From assembly GCA_014905635.1 (NCBI GenBank), contig JABVCE010000005.1:868001-932000 (forward strand): DNA of 64,000 bases, in the 5' to 3' direction. The position numbers were made by a program, and so were the translations under genes. The stretch comes from Scenedesmus sp. PABB004 (lineage: Eukaryota). Position 1 is the first letter of the stretch; every line of letters begins with the position of its first letter. The notes under the pieces were generated by a model that was not told where the DNA came from, searched no databases, and saw only the letters and a list, made by a program, of their open reading frames with translations. Below, piece after piece: positions 25,290 to 36,236 of this stretch.

Positions 25290-26160
25290 CCGCGCAGCGG
25301 GACGAGGGGGACGCAGCGCTGCGGCTGCCGGCGGCTCTGCAGGCAGGCACGCGTGCGGCGCTGGCCAGCGCCGTGGCACGCGCGCGCGCAGCTCGGCCGC
25401 CGCCGCCGCCGCTTTGGTTTGGATATATACGGGCTGCACGCCCCGAGCGGGAGTGGAAGGCTCGGGCCATGCGTGGGTCAGCTGGGCGCAAGCGCCCGGT
25501 GCTTCGCCGCCCCAAAAGATAAGGTTGATAGTCATCCAACTCAATGAGTTGGAGTTCAGCTATCAAACTGAACAGAACAGATACTACACTTGATCTTAGC
25601 CAAAAAGCCGAGAAAGGTATGAAGCCGCCGATCAAGCCGCATTGGTCTTGTTGCTCGCAAGGGCCGCAAGGTTGTCGGGTGCGGCGAGGGGAGCATAACA
25701 GGGCGGCCACGTCCGGCGGCCGCTGCGCGTGTGCGCTCCATTTGTGGGATGTCGGTCGCCCAGAGGTTGGCCAGGAACATGGGCAACAGCTGGAGCACCG
25801 CAGCTGCCCGGACAGAGCCGCGTGCGGCCCGGCAGACGGCCTTGATGGCTGGGAGCGTCCTGCAAGCCGGTGCCGGCGCCGCGCGATCGCCCCGCCCCCG
25901 GCGCCCGCGGCCACACCTTGCTTTCCCGTGTTGCCGTGCGCCCGACGCGGGGTCGTGGGGGGGGGGGGGGCAGCTGTGCCTGTGCCGCCGCCGACCGCCG
26001 CTGCCGCCGCCGACCGCCGCTGCCGCCGCCGACCGCCGCTGCCGCTGACCTCGCCGACCGCCGCCAGCGGCCGGTCACCGCGCTCGCTTTCTCGCTCACC
26101 GCTCGCACGCTCACCCTGCACTCGCTCACCCTGCACTCGCTCGCTCGCTCGCTCCCACGC

Positions 26161-28864
26161 TCACGCCGCCGCCGCGGCCGCGGACGCCGCCTCCTGCTGC
26201 GCGCTGAGCACCACGCCCGCCTCGGCGGCGGCGCGGTGCGCGCTGAGCAGGGCCTCGTCGTACACGACGCCGCCCGCGCCGAGGCCGCCCGCGCGGCCGC
26301 CGCCGGCGCCGCCGCCCAGGCGCAGCGCGGACCGCAGCGCGGCCCACGCGCCCGCGGCGCGCATCGCGGCCATCGCGAGCTCCAGCCGCGCGCGGCCGAG
26401 CGCGCCCGCGAGCCACGCGCCGGCGCCGCCGGCGCCGGGGCCGCCGCCGCCGGCGCCGCCGCCGGGCTCGGCGAGCGCGCGGGCGCAGGTCTTGGCGGTG
26501 ATGACAAACGTGTTGACCGGCGCGCCGAGGCAGAGGTCGACGCTGCGCAGGCAGTCGTTGGTCTTGAGCAGCAGCAGCAGCGGGCGCGGCATGCGCAGCA
26601 GCAGGTCGCCGATCTGCTTCGCGTAGATCGCGGCGTAGCCCTGCATCATCGCGCGCTCCTCCGCGCCGCGCCCGACCGCGAGGTGCTGCAGCTGCGGCTC
26701 CACGATCTGGCACGCGGCGTGAGCGGGGCGCGGCGCGGGCGGCGTGAGCGGCGGCGCGGCGGGAGCGGGGCGTGAGCGGCGGCGTGCGGCGCGCGCGCGC
26801 GGCGCCGGGCCGGCGCGCGCGGGGCCGGGGCGGCGCGCGTGGCGCCCCACCTGGTCCCAGGGCCGCATGGTCAGCATCGCCGCGAAGAGCGGGTACGCGT
26901 CGCCCTGCGCGCGGCGCCGGCGCGCGGCGGGCGGGCTCGCGGCGCAGCAGGGCGGGAGCCGCCGCCCGCCGCGCCGCGCCGCGCCGCGCCGCGCCGCGCG
27001 CCGCCGCCCCCGGGCCGCTGCATCATCATCATCTCGCGCGCGCGCACCGCGTTCATCGACTCTGCGTGCGCCTTGATGCCCGCGCGGTCGGCAAGGATGA
27101 GCGACCGCCAGAGCGCCGCGTACTCGTGCCTGAAGGCGTCGTCGATCTGGCGGTACAGCCCGTGGTCCAGCAGCACCAGCTGCACGCCGCCGCCGGGCCC
27201 GCGCCGCACCAGCTGCGCGCGCCCGTCGCGGCGGCGCGCGGCGGTCAGTCAGCTCGGCGGCTCGGCGCAGCGCGCGCGCGCGTCGCCACGCCGCCGCTTC
27301 GCCCCGCCGCACGCCCGCACGCCCGCACGCCACCGCCCGCGCGCGGCCGCACCATGTTTGCCGCGTGGGGGTCGCAGTGCACGTCGCCGTGAATGAAGAT
27401 CATCTCGGCAAACGTCTGGCTCACGAGCGACGCGAGCGCGCGCGGCGACACGCCGAGGCGCGACAGCCCGCCGCGGTCGGTGACCTGCACGCCGTCGATG
27501 TACTCCATCGACAGCACGCGCGCCGCGCTCAGGCCGGGGAGCACCTCCGGCACGTGCACCCTGCGCGTGGCGCGGAGGCGTGGGGCGGCGCGAGAGGGGG
27601 TGGGCCGCCACCGCCGCCGCCGCGGGGCCGCGCCGCGCGCTGCCCTCCCGCCGCCCGCCCGCGCCTGCCCCCGACGGTGCTGCGCGGCGACGCGAGGTTG
27701 GCGGCGCAGCGCGCCGCGTTGGACGCCTCGTGCCGGAAGTCGAGCTCGAGCGGCAGGTTGGTCCTGACCTCATCGACGAGCCACTGGTAGTTGAAGTCTG
27801 GGAAGGCCAGCCGCGCCGCGCTCACGAGCGCCTCGATCGTCGCAACGTCGGCGGCGCACGACTCGCGCAGCCCCGCGTGCTGAACCTTGACCGCGAGCTT
27901 GCGCCCGTCGTGCGTGTGAGCGACGTGCACCTGCGGCGGCGGGGCGGGGCGCGGGGGCGCGCCGGGCGGGGGCTCGGCGCCCGCCGGGGCGCGCCGCGCG
28001 GGGCGCGCGGACGCGCTGCTGCCCCGCGCTGCCCCGCGCCGCGCCTGCGCCAGCGACGCGCTCGCGATGGGCGTGGGGCTGAAGCTCGCGAACAGCTCCT
28101 CCGGCGGCGCGCCGAGGTCCTCCCGGATCGTCTGTCGCACCTCCTCCCAGCTGCTCACGGGGCACTTGTCCAGCATGTGCGCCCGCATCGTGTGCACGTA
28201 CTCCTCGGGCAGCAGGTGATCCTGCGAGACACAGCGCAGCGCGCGGCTCGGCGCCGCCGCGCACGCTCGCGGCGCGCGGGGCGCCGGCGCCCGGCGCCTG
28301 CGCTCTGCCGCCTGCCCTCTGCGCGCGCGCACCAGCTGGCCGATGTGCTGGCCCAGCTTGATGTAGATGCCGCCGTTGTCGAAGCACAGCTTGAGCAGCC
28401 GGTCCGCGCTGCGCTGGTGGCACGCGCGCAGCGCCGCGTCGCGCGCCTCCGCGTCGCCCTCGGGCAGGCCGGCCAGCGACGACTTGTAGTCTGGCGCAGG
28501 CGCGCGCGGCGGCCGCGGCGGGGTCGGCGCCGCGGCGGGCGGGCGGCGCCGCCGGCGGCGCGGCGCACGGCGCGCGCGCACCCATGACGATGGACGCCGC
28601 GGCCGCGACGTCGCGCGCGAGGCGCGTGGGTATGAGGTAGGCCAGCCGCGCCGCCTCCCACGCGCCGTCCGACTGGCTCGCCCACGCCGCCGCGCCCGCG
28701 CCGGCGAGGTACTTGGCCCCCAGCGCGAGCTTGGAGGCGCCGGCGGGCCCCGCTGCCGCCGCCGCCGCGCCGCCGGCGGCGACGGCGCTCTGCTGCCGCG
28801 CTGCCGCCGCCGCCGCGCCGCGCGCGGCCGCCGCCAGGCGCGGCAGCGCCGCCAGGCGCTGCAT
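26161..28864 (-). CDS. ABC1/UbiB atypical kinase (ADCK1-like)
   Basis: Motifs [65 protein letters not shown] and LLLLLKTND. Ala/Arg-rich transit-like N-terminus. Confidence 0.93.
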
Positions 28865-29321
28865 GGGCGCGGCCTCGGGCCGGGGGGAGCGCGGCCGCGG
28901 TCTCAATTGGCCGCGGCGGCGCGCTGCGGTCGCGGCGCTGACCCGCCCGCTGCTGCCGCTGCTGCTGCTGCTGCTGTGGGCTGCGTCCGCGAGCGGGCCG
29001 GGCGTGAACTGGAGTCGGGTGCAGCGGCGAGTGCCGGGGCTCGGGACGGTGGGCCCAGGCGCCAGGGCTCGCGCCCGCTCAAATCGCAGCACCAGGGCGC
29101 GGGCGCCCTGGCGCCGTCTCCACAGTGTCCCGCGACGCAGCTGCTCGACGCACGCCACGCCGCAGGAGCGCGCGCCGCTGGGGCTGCTGCCCCCGACAGC
29201 AGGCTCTCCTCGCGCTCGCCAGCTCGCGCCCCGCGGAGCTCGGCGGGGCTTCTCGGCCCGCCGCGGTCGGTCTGCCGGGCGGGGATTCGGACCGGGCGGC
29301 GCGGCAGCCGCCCCGGGCGCC

Positions 29322-31202
29322 ATGGCGCCGGTGGAGGTGCTGTCCATCGCTTACAACCAGGACTACGGCTGCTTCGCCTGCGGCACGACCACGGGCTTCC
29401 GGGTGTACAACTGCGACCCCTTCAAGGAGACGGTGCGCGCGCCGGCCAGGCGCCACAGGCGCCCCCCGCCGCGGCGCGGGCCGCGCGACCGACCGCCGCC
29501 GCTGCTCCACGCAGTTTTGCCGCGGCTTCAACAACGGCGGCATCGGCATCGTGGAGATGCTCTTCCGCTGCAACATCCTGGCCATCGTGGGCGGCGGCCC
29601 GGCGCCAAAGTACCCGCCGACAAAGGCGCGCGGCTGGCGCCTCGCGGTCGCCGGCGGCGCTCGCCGCAGGCATGCGCCGCGCGGCGCCGCGCCCGCCCGC
29701 GAGCTCGCGCGCCCGCCGCCGCCGCCGCCGCGCCGGGCAGGTCATGATCTGGGACGACCACCAGGTCAAGTGCATCGGCGAGCTCAGCTTCCGCAGCCAG
29801 GCGCGCGGCGCCGGCGGGCGGGCGCGGGCGCGGCGGCCGCGCTGCGCGGCGGCGTGGCGTGCTCAGCGCGCAGCCCCGCCCCCGGCCGGCCCCGTCCTCC
29901 AGGTGCGCGCCGTGCGGCTGCGGCGCGACCGCATCGTGGTGGCGCTGGAGCACAAGGTGCTGACCTACAACTTTGCAGACCTGAAGCTGCTGCACCAGAT
30001 CGAGACGCTTGGCAACAGCCGCGGCCTGCTCGCCCTTTCCTCGGCCGCCGACGCGACCGTGCTGGCGTGCCCGGGCCTGCACACCGGCCAGGTGCGGGCG
30101 CGGCGGCGCGGCGGGCGCGGCGGCGCGGCGGGCGCGGCCGCGGCGGCGGCGCGGCGCATGACGGCGAGCAGAGCCGCGGCCAGCGGCGCGGCCAGCGGCG
30201 CGGCCGGGGGCCGACGCGCCGCCGCCGCGGCCGCCAGGTGCGCATCGAGCTGTACGACCGGAAGCAGACCAAGTTTATCAGCGCCCACAACACGCCGCTC
30301 GTTTGCCTCACGCTCTCGCTCGACGGCAAGCGCCTCGCCACCGCGAGCGACAAGGGCACGCTCGTGCGCGTGTGGAGCACCGCCGACGGCTCGCTGCTGC
30401 AGGTGCGCGCGCGGCGCGGGGGCGCGCGGCAACGTCCGAGCGCGCGTGGCGCGCCGGCAGGTCGCGCAGCGCGCCCTTACGCGCCGCCCGCCCGCCCGCC
30501 GCCGCCGCTGCGGTCGGCTCGCGCCGCAGGAGCTGCGGCGCGGCACGGAGCCGGCGCACGTGCACAGCATCGCGTTCTCCAAGCACTGCGAGTGGCTGGC
30601 GGTCAGCAGCGACAAGGGCACGGTGCACGTGTTTGCGCTCGCGCCGCACGTCGTGACCGGCAGCGAAGAGGGCGACCCGGCCAAGGCCGGCGACGCCGCG
30701 CCCGCGCCGGCGGCGGCTGCCGCCGCCGCCGCCGCGCGCCAGCAGCAGCTGCAGCAGCAGCAGGAGCAGGAGCAGCAGCAGCAGCAGGGGCGTCACAACC
30801 CGACCAGCATGCTCAGCAACCTGGTCAAGGTGCGGCGCGCCGCCGGCGCGGGCGGCCGCTCGGGGGCGCCGCGCTCGGCGCGCGCCACGCGCCGTCGTGT
30901 GACCGCGCCCCGCCCGCCCGCCCGCCCGCCCGTGCGCCCGCCGCCGCGCGCAGAGCTACGTGCCCATCCCGCTGCCCAAGTACTTTACGAGCGAGTGGTC
31001 GTTCGCGCAGTACAAGCTGACCGAGGACGACACGGGGCGCAGCCTCGTGGGCTTTGCCGCGTCCGACCCGCACGCGCTCGTGGTCATCACGCAGTCGGGG
31101 CGCTACCACAAGGTCAGCTTTGACCCCGCCAAGGGCGGCCCCTGCACCCAGACCGCCTTCGGCTGCTACATCGTGGCGGGCGAGGACGACGGCGCGAGCT
31201 GA
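29322..31202 (+). CDS. ATG18: Autophagy PROPPIN (ATG18/WIPI family)
   Basis: Seven exons. Motifs [55 protein letters not shown] (phosphoinositide site), [10 protein letters not shown] and [13 protein letters not shown]. Confidence 0.95.
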
Positions 31203-31591
31203 GCTGCGCGCGCGCCCGGGGCCTGTACATTTGATTTTTGCGCCTGTGCGCGAGCGGTGCGTGCGGTTGGGGTTGTACAACTCAGCTGTGTATGGCGGGG
31301 CGGCCTGGCCGTGAACGTGTAAGCTTGCCGGCGAGGCGTGTGACAGCGAGCCGCCGCGCCTGGCCAGGCGCGGGAGCCTGCAGCGGACAGCGGTCTCGAG
31401 CGCGGTCACAGGCGCGACGCGTACGCAGCTGCCCCTGAAGAGATCCCTGCCTCGTCACCCCCGCGAGCAACTCTTCATCGCCTTGCAGGCCGCCACGTGC
31501 GTTGGTTTACTCAGCGTCACCGTTGCCAGGAGGTCGGTCATCAATCGTCCGCCCTTCTAGAGATGCCGCGCGCTCGAGCTCCAGCTCCAGC

Positions 31592-34500
31592 TCACTCCAG
31601 CGCGGCGGAGGCCGTCAGCTCCAGCGCCGCCGCCGTGTGTGCGTCAGCCTTGCCGGCCGGCCGCGGCGCAGCAAGCTCCTCCTCCTCTCCCAGCAGCAGG
31701 AGCCGCTGCTGTGTGAGCGCGCGCTCGTGGCCGAACGAGGGCCGCCGCTCGCCCTGCCCGGCTGCTGCCGCGACGCCCAGGCTGGCCGCGCTGTACTGCC
31801 CGTAGTCGGCTGCGTCCACAATCGGCAGCGACAGCTTGCCGTCCGCGCCGCGCGCGCCCGGCTCTCCCACCAGCGGCACCTCCAGGCCCGTGCCGGCGCC
31901 CGCCGCGAGCGCGAGGCTGCCCGGCGGCGCGCCGCTGTGGGAGGCCCGCGCGCCCGACGCGGAGCCAGCCCACGAGATGCGGCGCGAGGGGGCGGCAGCC
32001 TCGGGGAGGCCGTTGGGGCCGAGCACGAGCAGCACGGGCCGCCCCGTCTCGCCGTCCACCAGCGGCCGGCCGCAGGCGTCCAGCGCGACGACGCGCGGGC
32101 GGCCGTCGGGGCCTGCTCGTACGGCGGCGGTGCAGCGGGTGAGCGGGCGAGCGGGCGAGCGGGCGAGCGGGTGAGCGGGTGAGCGGGTGGGCCCCCCTGG
32201 CAGGCAGGCAGCTACCCCCGCCGCGCAGCCCCCAGTCCCCGTGCCGCGCACCCGTGAGCGGGCGGCAGAGGCTGTCCAGCGCGACGAGGCTGCCGTCCGA
32301 GGCGTGCGCAAGCTGCAGCGGCGTGCCGTCGGGGCCCAGCAGCGGCGCGCCGTCGCGCGCGCGCGCGAGCGGCGCGCCCGCCTCGTCCAGCGCCACAATT
32401 AGCGGCCGGTTGTCCAGCCCCAGCAGCGGCATGCCGTGCGGGCCCATCAGCAGCTCCGCGGGCACGGCGCCGCCCTCGTCGTCGTCGACGCCGTCGTCGT
32501 CGCCGCCGCCGCAGCCCGCCAGCGGCGACGACTGCGGGGCGCCTGCGGGCTCGGCCGCCACGCTGCCGGCGCCCGACGGCGGCGTGCTGCCGGCGCCGGC
32601 GCTCGTGCTCGTGCGCGCGAGGCTGGGCGCGTAGCTGCCAGCCTCCTTGATGCTCCCCGACTCGTCCGACGGCTCGGCGCCGTGCGGCGGCGGCGCCGAC
32701 GCACCGGCGGCGGCCTCCGCGGCGCCCTCGCCGTCGCCGGACGAGAGGCGCGGCGGCGCGGTGGCGGCCTGGGCCGGGCCCGCGGGCGGCGCCGGCGGCG
32801 GGCGCGGCACCAGGATGATGCTGCCGTCGGGGTGCACGCCCAGCGGCCGGCCGCGGCGCGCGTCCAGCGCGACCAGCACGGGCCGGCCGATCGGGTCGGT
32901 CAGCGGCGTGCCGCGCGCGCCCAGCAGCAGCGCGAGCTGCTCGCCGCGCGGGCCCGTGACCGCCGCGCCGTCGCCGTCGAGCAGCACCGGCGGCTGCCCC
33001 GGCGCCGCCTCGGTCAGCAGCAGGGGGCGGCCGTCAAAGCCGAGCAGCACGCGGCCGCTGGCGCCGCGCGCGTAGGTGCCCACGGGCGGCGCCGGCAGCG
33101 CCGCGTTGTGCGCCGCGACGCCCGCCGCCGCGAGCTCGGCGGGGCTGGCCCCCGGCGCCGAGGACGCCGCCGCCGCGGCAGTGGCCGCCGCGAGGGCCGC
33201 CTGCTGCGCCGCCAGCGCGCCGTCCACGGCGGCGAGCGCGGCGAGCGCGCCGTGCGGCGGCGGCCGGCCGTACCAGCCGTACGCCGGCGCCCCGGGCTGC
33301 TGCGCCGCCGGGCGCTGCACCTCGCCCACGTGTGCGCGGCGGTTGGCTGACGCGTCAGCGTCGCCGCCGGCCGTGGGCGTGGCCGCGGCGACCGCGCCGG
33401 CGGCAGCGACGGCGGCGGCCGCGCCGGCGGCCGCGCCGGCTGCCTCGCCGGCACACGTCTCGCCGCGCTTGGCGCCACCGCCGCTGGACAGGCGGTCGCT
33501 GAGCTTGCGCATGAGCTTGCCGAGCTTGGGCGCCCTGCTCTTGGCGGCGTCGCCGGCGACCGAGCCGGCGGGCTCGCTGCCCTCGCCCCCGGCCGGCTCG
33601 CCGGCCTCGCCCGGCGCCTCGCCCCCGCGGCGGCGGCGGCGGCGGCGGCGGCGCGCTCCGCCTCGGCGGCCTCGCGCTCCGCCGCCACCCGCGCGCGCAG
33701 CTCGGCGGCGTACGCGCGCTCCGCCTCCTGGCGCCGGCGGAGCGCCTCGGCCGCCTTGGCGTGGCGCTCGAGCTCCGCCGCGCGCTTGGCCGCAGCCTCG
33801 GCCTCCGCCTCGGCGTGCGCCGCGTCGTCAGCGGCCTTGCGCCGCACCGCCTCGGCGTACCGCTCCGCCGCGCGGGCCTCCTCCACCTTGCGCCGCGCCC
33901 TGCGCCGCTCCGCCTCCTTCTTCTCGCGCTCGCGGCGCTCGATGGCCCGCTTGTCCGCCGCGCTCATGTCGACCAGGCGGCGGTCGATGCCCGCGCGCCG
34001 GTCCGCCTCGGCGCGCCGCGCCGCCTTGATGCGCGCGCGCTCCTCCTCCTCGGCCGCCGCAATGGCCGCCGCGCGCGCGTGCTCCTGCGGCGGCGCGGCG
34101 GACCCGGCGGCGCGGCGCTCGGCGGGCGGCCACGCGCGCAGCGCCGGCGCGGACCTGCCCGCGCCCCCCAAGGCCCACCTTGGCCATCATCGCGTACGCC
34201 GGCGACAGCGCGGCCTGCGGCGTCGACGAGCCCGGCGCGACCTCGCTGCCGGCGCCCGCCGCCCGGCCCGCTGCAGTCGCCGCCGCCGCCGCCGCGAGGT
34301 TGGCCGCGGTCAGGCCCGCCACGCGCGGAGCGCCCCCGCCCGGCGCGCCGCCGCCGGCGGCGGCGGCAGCTAGGCTGTGCGCCGAGCCGCGCGCGCAGCC
34401 AGCGAGGCCGTGCGCGGCGTCGTGCGCGTCGAGGGCATCGCACGTGAGCGCCGCCTCGCCGCCGGCGGCCGCCGCCTCCGCCTCTGCCTCCGCCTCGCTG

Positions 34501-35854
34501 AGCGTGACGACGGAATAGCCCCACGCCCGCAGCCAGGGGAGTACGTAGCGCAGCGTGGGCAGCAGCTGGCGCCGCCTGGGGCGCCGCACGGCGGGGCGGC
34601 GCGGGGTCGGCGCGGCGCGCCCGTGGCGGTAGCGCGCTGCGCCGCGCTGCCGGCCAGCCGCGCCGCGCGCTTCCACCCCTCGCCCGGGCGCCGCCGCCTC
34701 GCGCACCTGTCGTGCAGGACGATCACGGCGCCGCAGTAGGCCTTGGCGAGGACGTACAGCGCGTTGGCCAGCGGCGAGCTCACGACCGTGTCCCAGGGGA
34801 ACACGCTGCCAAGCACCGTGGTGTGCCCGGCCGCCGCGAGCGCGTCGACCATGGGCGGCGTGACGAGGCCGCCGACGGGGCGGAACCAGCGGCGCCGGGG
34901 CGCCCCGCCGCGCGGCGCCTGGTCGCTGCCGTCGGCGCCGCCGTTGGCGGCGAGCGCGGCGCCGCGGGCGGCCGAGAACACGCGCTGCAGGTCGGCAACC
35001 TCCTGCACGAGCTGCTTGGGCGGCAGCGCGTGGCTGGGCGCGGCGGCGCTCCTGCGGGCAGCGCGCGGCCGCGCGTGGGCGCGCGCGGACGGCGGCCGCG
35101 GCGGCGGTGCAGCCAGCCGGGCGTGGCGCGCGGCGGCGCGCGCGCACCAGCCCAGGCTGCCCAGCTCGTGGCCGTCCGCCAGCACGCGGCGCAGCAGCGC
35201 GCGGCCCTGCTCGGCCACGCCGTCGCCCGCGCCACGCGCGTCGGCCGCCTCGACCTGGGCGCCGCTGACGAAGAACGTCGCGCGGCAGCCCTGCTCCGCG
35301 AGCAGGTCCAGCACCGCCCCCGTGGTGCCCGCGCGCGGCCCGCCCGTGAGCGTGAGCGCGACAAACTTGCGCGCCGGCGCCGCCGCGCCGCGCGGCGGGA
35401 GCTCGAGCACCACGCCCCGGCACCAGGGCAGCCGCGCCAGCGCGCGCAGCGTCCAGCGCGAGGGCCACCAGACCTGGCGGCGCGCGCGGGCGGCGTGAGC
35501 ACGGGCGGGGTGCAGGCTGCGCCGGGCGTGCCAGCGGCACCAGCCTGGTGTGCGCACCTGCCACGCCACGAGCGCCGCGGCGCTGAAGAGCACCAGTGCG
35601 GCGTTTGAGGTCAACACGGAGACCAGGAAGGACAGCATCCACGACGCGCACGCCAGCGCGGGAGCCAGGAAGAGCGCCCAGGCGCGTGCCGAGAGCGCGA
35701 GCGCCGTGCGCAGCAGCGCCGCCGCCGCCGCGGCGCCCCCTGCCCGTACGACCGCGGCGGCCTGCGCCCCAAGCTCAAACGGTTTGCCGGAGAAGTCATA
35801 CAGCTCGCCGACCCAGCCCAGGCCCGCATCCGGCGCGCAGCAGCACTGGTCCAT
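31592..35854 (-). CDS. Membrane-anchored NodB/CE4 polysaccharide-deacetylase-like protein (catalytic motifs degenerate) with coiled coil and GxDGRP-repeat tail; one apparent frameshift
   Basis: Predicted exons 35854-35558, 35473-35148, 35051-34707, 34575-34155, 34084-32252 and 32112-31592. CE4 landmarks VALTLTGGP, RATFFVSG, GHELG, WFRPVGG, VIVLHD and GYSVVTLSE. No stop between the CE4 domain and the coiled coil. Frame change at 33622-33626. Confidence 0.62.
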
Positions 35855-36236
35855 TCCACGCCCACCGCGCGGGAGGCGCCCTGCCCGGGGCGCGCGCGGC
35901 GCGTGTGCGAGAGGGGAATGCCAGAGCGTCGAATGGATGCCCGACGGGGGGCACGGGGAAGAGGAGAGCCCCGAGTGTGGGCGCAACGACCGGTCGCCTG
36001 TTGCCCGCTAGTTTGTTCGTTTGCACCGGCGCCGGCCGCCGCGCGCGCGCTCACGCGTCGTCACTGATCGCAGCACGCCGACCGGCGGCGCGCTGCCGGC
36101 CGGCGCCGCCGTCGAAGCTGGTGACGCCGCGGTGAGACTGCGGCCGCCGCCGCGCCGCCGCCGCGGCGCCCCGCGCCTCGCCGCCGCCGGCACACGCTCA
36201 GGAGGAAGCGCTGCCACCGCGCGCCTCACGCCTGGC

